A stretch of DNA of 64,000 bases from Gemmatimonadaceae bacterium (GTDB lineage: Bacteria > Gemmatimonadota > Gemmatimonadetes > Gemmatimonadales > Gemmatimonadaceae): assembly GCA_045803545.1 (NCBI GenBank), contig JBJMOW010000004.1, positions 1,009,189 to 1,073,188 on the forward strand, in the 5' to 3' direction. Shown one piece after another: positions 24,857 to 33,931 of this stretch. The notes beneath the pieces were generated by a model. It was not told the DNA's origin. It did no database searches and saw nothing but the letters and a program-made list of their open reading frames with translations. Numbering within the stretch: position 1 is the first letter of the stretch; each line of letters begins with the position of its first letter. A program made the translations under genes and the position numbers.

Positions 24857-25534
24857 ATGAATGCACAAATAACGGATCCAGCGGTCACCCTCACCGATTA
24901 CGGGCTCGCAGTCGAGTGCGCTGTGATCGTCGGGCTATTGCTGCGAACGCAGGTCAGCGACGAGGTACTTCGCATATGGCTCGTCGTTTTCTTTGGCGCC
25001 GCGAGTGCTGCTTCGCTACTCGGCGGAACGGTCCACGGTTTCTTCAAGCCGGCGAATAGTCGTGGCCGCGCGATCCTGTGGCCCGCGACGCTGATCTCGA
25101 TTCTCGGTAGTGGATTGGCTGTGTCGTTCATCGCCGCGCACATCGAGCTGAACAACGAGGCGGAGCAGATGGCGCGCGCAGTAGCCCTAGTGCTCATGAG
25201 TCTGATGGCGCTCGCGGTGCTGTTCGCCAGTCACAGCTTCGCGATTGCGATCGCGGGTTATGTACCTCCCAGCCTTTTTTTACTTCACGCGTTTATCTCG
25301 GCGTACGAGCGCAGTGGCGCTCCCGCTCTCAGATGGGGAATTGCCGGCGTTTTACTCTCCATTCTCGGTGCGGCAATGCAGCGCCTGCGCGTCGGCGTGC
25401 ATGGACGCTATCTCGATCACAACGCCTTCTATCACGTGATTCAGGGCGTTGCATTCTGGATGATCTACAAAGGAGCGCACTTCGTCTCAACCACACTGCC
25501 ATCCATCGGGAGGACTGATGCTATTACGTCGTGA
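24857..25534 (+). CDS. Polytopic membrane protein, unknown function
   Basis: 225 aa with about 6 TM helices. Its 3' end overlaps the next gene by 17 nt. Confidence 0.55.
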   Translation: MNAQITDPAVTLTDYGLAVECAVIVGLLLRTQVSDEVLRIWLVVFFGAASAASLLGGTVHGFFKPANSRGRAILWPATLISILGSGLAVSFIAAHIELNNEAEQMARAVALVLMSLMALAVLFASHSFAIAIAGYVPPSLFLLHAFISAYERSGAPALRWGIAGVLLSILGAAMQRLRVGVHGRYLDHNAFYHVIQGVAFWMIYKGAHFVSTTLPSIGRTDAITS

Positions 25535-27017
25535 CTTCCTGAAGCTCGCTGCCAACGTCGGTGTCGCCAGCGCGGTCTCAGTAAAGGAATCGACCGAAGT
25601 TGAGACACCCCAGGACACCCGCGTGTCGGTCAACGATGTTCACTCGCAGCTGAACCCAACGCGAGTAGGTGAGATCGTGCTACCGGGATCGATCGAAGCA
25701 ATTCGGTCGACGATCAGGACAGCGCATGATCAATCGCGCCCCATCAGCATCGCCGGTGGGCGGCACGCGATGGGCGGCCAGCAGTTCGCGGCCAATGCAA
25801 CCCTCCTCGACATGAACGGCATGACACGCGTGCTCGAGTTCGATCGCGACAAAGGAGAAATCGAAGTCGAAGCGGGAATTCAGTGGCCCCAGCTCTACAA
25901 GTATCTCGTCGATAGCCAGCGCGGCGAGACGCAATCGTGGACATTCGTTCAAAAGCAAACCGGAGCCGACAATCTCAGTATTGGCGGTGCACTCGCCGCC
26001 AATATTCATGGACGGGGACTGGCATTGCGTCCCTTTGTCGCTGACGTGATCGCGTTTACGATCGTAGGATCCGACTGCGTGGTTCGGCGCTGCAGCCGCA
26101 ACCAGAACAGCGAGCTATTCCGCGCTGCAATTGGCGGCTATGGGCTCTTCGGTCCGTTTGTCACCGCGCGACTGCGTCTGGTGCGGCGCCACAAGGTTCA
26201 GCGCGTCGTCGAAGTAATCGATATCGAACACCTTTCCGAGATGTTCGTGTGTCGGATCGGCGACGGGTTCCAATACGGTGACTTCCAGTTCGCGACCGAG
26301 CTAACTCACGAAAAGCTGTTACGCAAAGGAGTGTTCTCGTGCTATCGGCCGGTTGACGACTCTACGCCGATGCAAACAAGCCGGATTCACCTCGAGTCGG
26401 AAAACTGGCGCGAGCTCATCTACCTGGCGCACGTCGATCGCGCCCGGGCGTTCGACGCTTACTCGAGCTACTATCTGACGACTTCGGGCCAGTACTACTG
26501 GTCGGATGAGCATCAGATGAGCACTCACGTCCCCGATTACCACGAGGCGCTGGCATCACGCCTCGGACATTTCGCACACGGCAGTGAGATGATCACCGAG
26601 ATCTATGTCCCGCGAGAGGCGCTGTCGCGGTTTCTCAGCGATGTTCGCGCCGACTTTATCGCGAATCAGACTGATTTGATCTACGGGACGATCAGATTAA
26701 TCGAGGCCGATGGTGAGACGAAGCTGCAATGGGCAAAGCAGTCATGCGCCTGCGTGATCTTCAATCTCCACGTTTCGCCCGATGGTGCAGGGATCGAAAA
26801 GGCAAAGCGGGAATTTCTTCAGCTGATCGATCGTGGCCTCTCCTACGGCGGGAGTTACTATCTCACCTATCATCGCTGGGCGGAGCCGCGGCAGGTGATC
26901 GCCGCCTATCCCGAATTCCCGGCTTTCCTGAAACTCAAGCGAGAGCACGATCCCACCGAAGTTTTTCAGAGCGATTGGTATCGACATTACCGCCGCATGT
27001 TCATGGACGGTGACTGA
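25518..27017 (+). CDS. FAD-binding (PCMH-type) oxidoreductase with Tat signal
   Basis: The MLLRRDFLKLAANVGVASA twin-arginine signal, plus ISIAGGRHAMGGQQ and the GADNLSIGGALAANIHG FAD_binding_4-like motifs. Confidence 0.85.
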   Translation: MLLRRDFLKLAANVGVASAVSVKESTEVETPQDTRVSVNDVHSQLNPTRVGEIVLPGSIEAIRSTIRTAHDQSRPISIAGGRHAMGGQQFAANATLLDMNGMTRVLEFDRDKGEIEVEAGIQWPQLYKYLVDSQRGETQSWTFVQKQTGADNLSIGGALAANIHGRGLALRPFVADVIAFTIVGSDCVVRRCSRNQNSELFRAAIGGYGLFGPFVTARLRLVRRHKVQRVVEVIDIEHLSEMFVCRIGDGFQYGDFQFATELTHEKLLRKGVFSCYRPVDDSTPMQTSRIHLESENWRELIYLAHVDRARAFDAYSSYYLTTSGQYYWSDEHQMSTHVPDYHEALASRLGHFAHGSEMITEIYVPREALSRFLSDVRADFIANQTDLIYGTIRLIEADGETKLQWAKQSCACVIFNLHVSPDGAGIEKAKREFLQLIDRGLSYGGSYYLTYHRWAEPRQVIAAYPEFPAFLKLKREHDPTEVFQSDWYRHYRRMFMDGD

Positions 27018-27028
27018 GCGACCCGTGA

Positions 27029-27331
27029 CTAGCTGTGGATAGCTGGCTTCTCGGCTTCACGCAGCTGAGATCCATATCGATAGTGATAGTGTCCGTACAC
27101 GAGGAGCCATGTCGCAAGCACCAGGTGAAAAACTGTCGGAATGTAAGACGTGAACCAGCGGCTCTCGCGATAAACCGTAAGGCCGAGAAGAAGTCGAGCG
27201 AACATCGCCAGAAAATAGATAGATCCGAACACCAGAAAAAACACGCCGCGGCGGGACCCCGGAGCGATGTCTCCATCGCCAAATCTCGCCGCGGTTCGCG
27301 CGAACCAGGCGATGATGAAAAGCTGAGCCAT
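27029..27331 (-). CDS. Small membrane protein; the coding region probably extends upstream to about 27502
   Basis: 100 aa from ATG 27331. The same frame stays open and strongly hydrophobic upstream (YALWLWLLLALFVLRVVAQPLALVV) back to a TAG, but it has no ATG/GTG/TTG. Confidence 0.5.
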   Translation of the reverse strand: MAQLFIIAWFARTAARFGDGDIAPGSRRGVFFLVFGSIYFLAMFARLLLGLTVYRESRWFTSYIPTVFHLVLATWLLVYGHYHYRYGSQLREAEKPAIHS

Positions 27332-27492
27332 AAGTAAAGCCGGATAAGGCAGAACGCCGCTGTGCCACGACTCGAATCGTGGTAACAGCCGGAATTCAAC
27401 AACCAGTGCCAGTGGTTGCGCGACTACCCTTAGGACGAAGAGCGCCAGTAAGAGCCAGAGCCAGAGAGCATACGACTTCGAAGGATTCTGAT

Positions 27493-28020
27493 TTAAACCA
27501 ATCGTACGCTAAGTCCTGAGTTCGGTCTTCCCATTGCAGTCACTCCCGGATCGGAGCTTTGCTCGCCCCGCAGATATTTTAGAACTTCTTCAGCGGGCAG
27601 GCGACGACCTTCGAGCTGCGCGGACTCGGCGCGCGGCTCCATCGACAGTCGAGCGCGATAGACCTCGACGACCTGTCGTCCTTCCTCGAGCGCACGCAAC
27701 GCAACACCGCGCATGTAGTAGCGATTGAAATCGCCTTCCGCCAGCATCCTCGATGCCATGTCCGGCAGCTTCACCGCCGCCTGTCCCCCACCGCGAGTGC
27801 GTCGCGGCTCGAAGTCGACCATCAGATCCGAAGCGTGCTCCTCGAGCCATCGGTCATCGTAGTATCGCAACGCTTCATGTAGATATCGTTGATAGTCGGC
27901 GATCGCCGTCGGTCGAATTCGTTCCGACGTGTGATAGTGGCCACTAGCGATGTCAGCGTCCAGCTCGGCGATGGCAAAACGACGGGTGGTCGGGTCCAGG
28001 GATTCGTATTGTAAAGGCAT
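27493..28020 (-). CDS. Hypothetical cytosolic protein
   Basis: 175-aa ORF with coding-like composition and no recognisable motif. Confidence 0.5.
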   Translation of the reverse strand: MPLQYESLDPTTRRFAIAELDADIASGHYHTSERIRPTAIADYQRYLHEALRYYDDRWLEEHASDLMVDFEPRRTRGGGQAAVKLPDMASRMLAEGDFNRYYMRGVALRALEEGRQVVEVYRARLSMEPRAESAQLEGRRLPAEEVLKYLRGEQSSDPGVTAMGRPNSGLSVRLV

Positions 28021-28110
28021 AACGTCACCAAAATGCGAGAGTCACAAAAACACAATCGCACGACGCAGGCCGTTGCTACAGAAGAGGATACTACCTCAGC
28101 AGTAGCGCGA

Positions 28111-28650
28111 CTATTGCTGAGTTTTTGCGAGATTAAATAGTCGGCTCGCCAGATAGAGCACCGCGACAAGAGCGACCACGTTGAGCCCAATGACCGTCGC
28201 GGGGAATGCGGGATCGTGCAGCACGAGAAACGTGCCTTCAAATCCCCATGGCTTCCAGATTCTCGGCCCGCCGAAACGAAGCGTCCACTGCAATCCCGTC
28301 ACGTATCGCACGGCGGTGTGGGCGATGATTACCGGCAAAACCTGAAAAAGCTGAAGTCCCAGTGACACCGCGAGTCCGGAGCGCCTGCCACTCCACAGCA
28401 GGACGCCGGCGACTACAGTGAGAATCATCAGTGGAATGCCGAGCATGATCTCGACTGGGCGGGCATCGCCGCTCAACGCCTCGAGCACCAACGCGACCAG
28501 CGTCCCGAGACCGAAAACAATTTGAATCAGCGCAAGCAGACGATCGAGCAAGCTGTAGATCTGCTTCTCGCGCACCAATCGTTGCTGACTGCTGACGGCC
28601 CGCGCAGCTGCGTGTTCGCCAGTGATTGGTGGAATTGGCGTCGATGTCAT
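28111..28650 (-). CDS. Hypothetical membrane protein (about 4 TM)
   Basis: I shortened ORF 28111..28869 to ATG 28650 (MTSTPIPP) because the upstream part overlaps the divergent acyl-CoA dehydrogenase gene start. Confidence 0.5.
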   Translation of the reverse strand: MTSTPIPPITGEHAAARAVSSQQRLVREKQIYSLLDRLLALIQIVFGLGTLVALVLEALSGDARPVEIMLGIPLMILTVVAGVLLWSGRRSGLAVSLGLQLFQVLPVIIAHTAVRYVTGLQWTLRFGGPRIWKPWGFEGTFLVLHDPAFPATVIGLNVVALVAVLYLASRLFNLAKTQQ

Positions 28651-28720
28651 CGAACCTCTTACGGTTGCCGCCCGTGAATTGGTTTCAGGGGTAAATTGCA
28701 TTTGAACAATCGACGAAGCC

Positions 28721-30376
28721 ATGGCCGAGTTCATCCAGGATTCTCCGCAGCTGGCTAACCAGTACGACGACGATGCCGTGCTGCGCTCGTATTTGAAATG
28801 GCGACTGCCGGCAACGGTTCTCGCTGACGTTGAGCCCGACTTACGCCGCCTTGGCCAGCGAGCAGTCACCGATATTCTTGCGGTAGGCGAAGAGGCGGAG
28901 GCATCGCCACCCCAACACGTGCCGTTCGATGCGTGGGGAAAGCGCGTCGATCGGATCGAGACCAGTGACGCCTGGCGTCAGCTGGACCACATCTCCGCAG
29001 CGGAAGGAATCGTCGCTTCTGCTTACGAGCGCACCCACGGCATTCATTCGCGCATCCATCAGTTCGCGCGATTGTATCTATTCGCGCCGTCGTCGGCCTT
29101 GTACAGTTGTCCGCTGGCGATGACCGACGGCGCGGCGCGCTTTCTCGAGGTCTATGGCGATGAAGCGACGCGCTCGGTGTTCGCGCACCTGACCTCGCGC
29201 GATCCACGGCAATTCTGGACGTCGGGGCAGTGGATGACCGAGCGGTCGGGCGGATCCGACGTGGCAAGTACTTCGACGATCGCGAAGTGTGAGTCCGGAA
29301 ACGATTACCGGTTGTATGGGCTGAAGTGGTTTACCTCGGCAACGACATCGCAGGTGGCGATGACCCTCGCCCGCATCGAAGGTGCGCCCGCTGGTGGTTC
29401 AGGGCTTAGCGTATTCCTGGTCACACTGCGCGATCGAGATGGATCGCTGCGCAACATCCGCGTCGAGCGACTGAAGGACAAGCTTGGAACACGCGCGCTG
29501 CCGACGGCCGAGCTCACACTGGAAGGCACGCCCGCGCGTTTGGTCGGTGGGCCAGGCGACGGTATCAGGAAGATCTCGACGCTGTTCAACATCACTCGCG
29601 TTTACAACGCGGTGGCCGCGGTTGCGGGAATGAGACGCGCGATCGCGCTTGCGACCGACTATGCGAGGCGTCGAACGGCGTTTGGAAAGCCGCTGATCGA
29701 ACACCCGCTGCACGTCGAGACATTGGCCGACCTCTCACTCCGGTTTCGCGCCTGCTTTCTGCTCGCTTTTCGCGTCGCCGAGTTCCTCGGCAAGGAAGAG
29801 TGCGGCGAGGCGAGCGAGACCGAATTGCAGCTACTAAGACTTCTTACGCCCGTCGCGAAACTGTACACAGCGAAGCAGGCGGTCGCTGTTGCGAGTGAAG
29901 TCCTGGAGGCGTTCGGCGGTGCCGGCTATGTCGAAGACACTGGCATCCCGCGTTTGCTGCGCGACGCCCAAGTGCTACCGATCTGGGAAGGCACGACCAA
30001 CGTGCTGAGTCTGGATACGCTGCGTGCTATTCAAAAAACTGATGCGCTCTCGGCATGGATCGCGGATGGGCGCCAGCGACTCGGTCGAGTACCCAAAAAC
30101 GAGTTCACTGCGAAAGTCCAGAATGCGCTGCGATCAATCGATTCATCCCAACGCACCTCGGATCGAGGAGCCGCATTGGAGCAGGTAGCTGCCAGAGGCC
30201 TTGCCTATGCGATAGCGAGAACGGAAGCAGCCATGCTTCTGATCGAGCATGCCGCGGCAACAAGGAATCCGGCGGCTGAAGTTGCTGCGATGCGGTGGGC
30301 GATGCGCGATCTGGAGAGACTGGTAGAGGCGAACGAAGATCACCTCACCGGATCGCGGCAGCTCGTCGTCGATTAA
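28721..30376 (+). CDS. AidB-like acyl-CoA dehydrogenase family protein
   Basis: 551 aa. It shows MTERSGGSDV, GLKWFTSA and the C-terminal helical domain typical of the AidB/ACAD10-type family. Confidence 0.85.
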   Translation: MAEFIQDSPQLANQYDDDAVLRSYLKWRLPATVLADVEPDLRRLGQRAVTDILAVGEEAEASPPQHVPFDAWGKRVDRIETSDAWRQLDHISAAEGIVASAYERTHGIHSRIHQFARLYLFAPSSALYSCPLAMTDGAARFLEVYGDEATRSVFAHLTSRDPRQFWTSGQWMTERSGGSDVASTSTIAKCESGNDYRLYGLKWFTSATTSQVAMTLARIEGAPAGGSGLSVFLVTLRDRDGSLRNIRVERLKDKLGTRALPTAELTLEGTPARLVGGPGDGIRKISTLFNITRVYNAVAAVAGMRRAIALATDYARRRTAFGKPLIEHPLHVETLADLSLRFRACFLLAFRVAEFLGKEECGEASETELQLLRLLTPVAKLYTAKQAVAVASEVLEAFGGAGYVEDTGIPRLLRDAQVLPIWEGTTNVLSLDTLRAIQKTDALSAWIADGRQRLGRVPKNEFTAKVQNALRSIDSSQRTSDRGAALEQVAARGLAYAIARTEAAMLLIEHAAATRNPAAEVAAMRWAMRDLERLVEANEDHLTGSRQLVVD

Positions 30377-30389
30377 GAGTTTCGTCGAC

Positions 30390-31013
30390 TTACAACCGAA
30401 ACCTCATTCTCGCCGCGTCGACGATCAGATCCGCGGCACCCTGAATTCCAAGGCGTTCCGTATTTACGCTAAGATCGAAGTTCTCGTGAGCGCGACGTTC
30501 GCGCTCCCAGTGCAGCCGAACCCACTGATCACGCTGCTTGTTGGTTTCATCAACCAGGCGTGCCGCTTCCTCAGCGCCGACTGCTTCACGCTGCATCGTG
30601 CGCGCGATCAAGCTTTTTCGCGGTGCATAGCAGAACACGTGGAGCGTATCTTCGCGCGCGGCGAGCATCTCCTGGGTGCCGCGACCAACGACAACCAGCG
30701 GACCGGCGGCGATCGCTTCTTCGACGACGTGCCGCGTCACTTCGATCAGCTGCTCGTCGCTGGGCCGCTTGGCCGCGGCCATCGGCGAGGCCCACTCCTG
30801 TGATCCCATCGCCATAGCCGCGGTGAGTCTCTCTACGAGAGACGGAACCCGTTCTTCGCGCGCCTGAACCTCGGCGGCGCTCAATCCCATGCGCGCGGCA
30901 ACTGCATCGACTACAGCGTTGTCGAGTAACGACCAGCCAAGAGCTTTTGCGACGAGCGCGGCTACCTCAGAGCCTCCCGAACCATAGAGGCGCGAGACAG
31001 TGAGAACCGACAG
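30390..31013 (-). CDS. Cytidylate-kinase-like family protein (probable CTG start)
   Basis: The P-loop-like signature VLTVSRLYGSGGSEVAALVAKALGW lies upstream of the first canonical start (ATG 30890). The only start-like codon after the in-frame TGA (31019-31017) is CTG 31013-31011, preceded by AGGA with 7-nt spacing. Confidence 0.6.
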   Translation of the reverse strand: MSVLTVSRLYGSGGSEVAALVAKALGWSLLDNAVVDAVAARMGLSAAEVQAREERVPSLVERLTAAMAMGSQEWASPMAAAKRPSDEQLIEVTRHVVEEAIAAGPLVVVGRGTQEMLAAREDTLHVFCYAPRKSLIARTMQREAVGAEEAARLVDETNKQRDQWVRLHWERERRAHENFDLSVNTERLGIQGAADLIVDAARMRFRL

Positions 31014-31016
31014 GAG

Positions 31017-32465
31017 TCAGTCCTGATAGGGACGGCGACGCTTTTCTTCTACCGCGCGACCATAAGTACCGGCGTCGGAGCGCGTGATCTTCTTGCGCGC
31101 GACGAGCGACTCGAGCACGAGCTCGCATCCAGCCGCGACAACCGGGAGATCATCCATCGGTGCGAGGCCTGCGCCGCTCACAACCTGCATTAGCCCGGGT
31201 ATACTGCCGAAACCCTCGACTACGGTGTCCACCGCGACATCGTCCGTCACCTGCAGAGCACCGCCGACATCGAACCACATGATGATCTCGTCGGTGTTGA
31301 TTCCACCGGCGCGGTCCTGGTACGTCGCATCGGCGGCGCGGCGAATCAACTCACGCGCGATGGTGTGACCGCCGACAAGCTCGCCTTCGTATTCGAGCTC
31401 GATCTTCCCGGTGATGGCGGGCAGCGCGGCGTAGATGTCGGCGATGCGGGGCACGATATCGCGCTCGCCGGTCTGGATCGCGCGACGCTCGGCGTTGGAA
31501 ACGACGTTCTCCATTACGCTGATCGGCATGCGCTGGGAGACGCCTGAACGCTTGTCGATCCGCTTGTCATTCCGTGCCTCGAAAGCGACGCGCTCGATCA
31601 CTTCGGCGATGAAATCGGGAACGCGCACTTTGCCGGCGCCACGCGCGGTCCACGCTTCCTGATTGGTGATCGTCATGCCAAGTTCGACGCTCTCCGGATA
31701 GTGAGTCACGACCTCGCTGCCGATGCGATCCTTGAGCGGTGTGATGATCTTGCCGCGCGCCGTATAGTCTTCCGGATTGGCGGTGAAGCACAGCATCACA
31801 TCGAGCGGGAGGCGGACAGGGTAACCTTTGATCTGAACGTCGCCTTCCTGCATGATGTTGAACAGGCTCACCTGCACCTTGCCGGCAAGATCGGGCAACT
31901 CGTTCAGCGCGAAGATTCCGCGATTTGCGCGCGGCAACATGCCGTAGTGCATCGTCAGCTCGTCACCGAGTATGTGTCCGCCGCGCGCTGCCTTGATCGG
32001 GTCGAGGTCGCCAATGATGTCGGCGACGGTGACATCAGGTGTAGCAAGTTTTTCGACGAAGCGCTGCTCCGGCTCGAGCCAGGCGATCGGTGTGTCGTCG
32101 CCGGCTTCGTTCACCATGTTTCGGCCGTACTTCGAGATCGGCGAGAACGGATTGTCGTTGACTTCGCTGCCGGCGATGATCGGCAGCGCCGGATCGAGGA
32201 GAGTGATCAATGCGCGCAGGATCCGCGACTTCGCCTGACCCCGCAGTCCGAGCAGAATGAAATTGTGCTTGCTGAGTAGCGCGTTGACGATCTGCGGCAT
32301 GACGGTTTCTTCATAACCGATCACGCCGTGAAAAATCGGCTTGCGCGTCGCGAGCCGGGTGAGGAGGTTCGCGCGAAGCTCATCCTTGACGGACTGCTCG
32401 CGTCTTTCGGGAGCGCCAAAAGCAGAACGCTTCAGCGCGCCAAATGTTTCTGGAAGGACCGACAA
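31017..32465 (-). CDS. ChlI/MoxR-like AAA+ ATPase (magnesium-chelatase subunit I family)
   Basis: 482 aa. The Walker A region is ILLGLRGQAKSRI, the Walker B region is GIFALNELPDL, and arginine-finger regions are present. This family is usually paired with a VWA protein. Confidence 0.8.
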   Translation of the reverse strand: MSVLPETFGALKRSAFGAPERREQSVKDELRANLLTRLATRKPIFHGVIGYEETVMPQIVNALLSKHNFILLGLRGQAKSRILRALITLLDPALPIIAGSEVNDNPFSPISKYGRNMVNEAGDDTPIAWLEPEQRFVEKLATPDVTVADIIGDLDPIKAARGGHILGDELTMHYGMLPRANRGIFALNELPDLAGKVQVSLFNIMQEGDVQIKGYPVRLPLDVMLCFTANPEDYTARGKIITPLKDRIGSEVVTHYPESVELGMTITNQEAWTARGAGKVRVPDFIAEVIERVAFEARNDKRIDKRSGVSQRMPISVMENVVSNAERRAIQTGERDIVPRIADIYAALPAITGKIELEYEGELVGGHTIARELIRRAADATYQDRAGGINTDEIIMWFDVGGALQVTDDVAVDTVVEGFGSIPGLMQVVSGAGLAPMDDLPVVAAGCELVLESLVARKKITRSDAGTYGRAVEEKRRRPYQD

Positions 32466-32546
32466 CTTGATACTCCGAGGGAAAATACGAGCGTGTTGGT
32501 AATCTAGTCCCCGTGTCTGGACGCTACTAGGCGGAAGCTCTACACC

Positions 32547-32574
32547 TTGACACTATTTTCTGATGAGATAGATT
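32547..32574 (+). promoter_or_regulatory. Sigma-70-like promoter candidate (TTGACA-16 nt-TAGATT) for the small lipoprotein gene
   Basis: TTGACA at 32547-32552 and TAGATT at 32569-32574. An 83-nt leader follows, with the hairpin TGCCCG/CGGGCA and a strong AAGGAG Shine-Dalgarno. Confidence 0.3.
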
Positions 32575-32657
32575 CTTGCCCGCGCCAAAAACGGGCACTG
32601 CGACCGCGTGCACGGACCGGCGAATTTTCCACGTTTGCCATCTTAAGGAGATCGTAA

Positions 32658-32867
32658 ATGAAGCGCCTGGCCCTTGTCGCCGCAGTTCTGGTTCTCGCTG
32701 CTTGCACGTCAAAGAAAGACGAAGCTGCAACCGCCGATACTTCCGCTCCAGCAATGGCTCCTGCCCCGGCAGCGATGGATACCGGCATGAAGATGGACAC
32801 CACCGCAAGCACGACCCCGTCGGCTTCGACGACCACCACGACCAAGACCACGACCAAAAAGAAGTAA
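32658..32867 (+). CDS. Small Thr/Ala-rich lipoprotein
   Basis: 69 aa with lipobox LAAC. AAGGAG lies 7 nt upstream of the ATG, and a strong terminator follows the gene. Confidence 0.6.
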   Translation: MKRLALVAAVLVLAACTSKKDEAATADTSAPAMAPAPAAMDTGMKMDTTASTTPSASTTTTTKTTTKKK

Positions 32868-32891
32868 ATCGTCGCGATCGGTCAAATGAAA

Positions 32892-32920
32892 AGGCGCCAC
32901 TAAACAGTGGCGCTTTTTTC
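32892..32920 (+). terminator. Rho-independent terminator (bidirectional position between convergent genes)
   Basis: The GGCGCCAC-taaaca-GTGGCGC stem is followed by TTTTTT. It overlaps the last codons of ygfZ on the other strand. Confidence 0.75.
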
Positions 32921-33907
32921 GTTTTGGTCGACCTGAACGCTGCATTCGCCATCCGGCCACTTCGCTTGCAGCGTCGTCCCTCCGGCAATCTCTCTGCGGA
33001 CCATTCCCAGCGCGATGCCACCAAATCGGGGTGAGAGAGCAGCGCTCCGGATATCGCCGATAACTTTTCCTGTCTCGTCGAGGAGCTCGGCGCCCTTTGG
33101 TGGCGCGGGCCGGGTGACAAATCTCAGTCTGCGAAGAAAGCGATTCACGTGACCGCGAAAGTGTACGCGCGCCACGGTCTCCTGTCCGATGTAGCAACCC
33201 TTGGTGTACGAGATTGCGCCGAGGTCGTCGAAGTTTACTTCCTGCGGCAGTGTCGAGTCGTCCATGTCGACGCCCCACTCCGGTCGACCGGCTTCGATCC
33301 GAGCGATGTCCCACGTTTCTTTGCCGCCCGCGTTCACACCGGCAGAATGGAACCTGGTCTTGAGCGCGCCGGTGGCCTGCGTTGGAATGAAAATATCGAA
33401 ACCGTCCACATCCAGATCGGCTGCGCGCGCGACTATCGCCGTGACATCGGCGAACGGCCGGCTCAAGTGACCGTACGGCGGCAGCGCGGCGAGATCCTTG
33501 TCGTCGATATCCATCACCTTCGAAACGACAGATCGGGCTGACCGGCCAAAGATTCCGAAGTCACTCAGCTCCGCCGTCAGATCGTGGTAGGGCGCCTGGC
33601 GCGGATTGATGTATTTTCGCACCAGCTCCTTCCAACCCGGCGCTGCGGCAGCGGAAGTGTCGATCAGCAGCGAATCGTCGAGCGCAAAGATGCGGAGATC
33701 CGCGACGATCTTTCCCTTCGCCGTCAATGCCGCCGCGTACTGACCCTCGCCGGGAGAAAGCGCGGATACGTCGTTCGTCACCATTCCGGTGACGAGCTCG
33801 GCGGCTTTTGGACCCGACACCCGCATGCGGAGTCTGTCGGTGCGATCGAAAAACAGAGCGCCGTTGTGCAGCGCGGAATACTCGTTCAGCTCCGCCATGT
33901 TTTTCAA
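32900..33907 (-). CDS. ygfZ: Folate-binding YgfZ / GcvT-family protein
   Basis: Carries the KGCYIGQETVARV signature and an aminomethyltransferase-like fold pattern. 335 aa. Confidence 0.85.
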   Translation of the reverse strand: MKNMAELNEYSALHNGALFFDRTDRLRMRVSGPKAAELVTGMVTNDVSALSPGEGQYAAALTAKGKIVADLRIFALDDSLLIDTSAAAAPGWKELVRKYINPRQAPYHDLTAELSDFGIFGRSARSVVSKVMDIDDKDLAALPPYGHLSRPFADVTAIVARAADLDVDGFDIFIPTQATGALKTRFHSAGVNAGGKETWDIARIEAGRPEWGVDMDDSTLPQEVNFDDLGAISYTKGCYIGQETVARVHFRGHVNRFLRRLRFVTRPAPPKGAELLDETGKVIGDIRSAALSPRFGGIALGMVRREIAGGTTLQAKWPDGECSVQVDQNEKSATV

Positions 33908-33931
33908 TTAAGCCGGTGCACACCGGCAGCG

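Noticed and set aside
31017-31019. In-frame TGA between the AAA+ ATPase and the cytidylate-kinase-like region as a selenocysteine or programmed read-through codon
   Set aside because: No selenoprotein family context and no evident SECIS-like hairpin were seen by eye directly downstream. An SD-like AGGA plus CTG gives a simpler explanation. It is kept only as an alternative in the corresponding finding.
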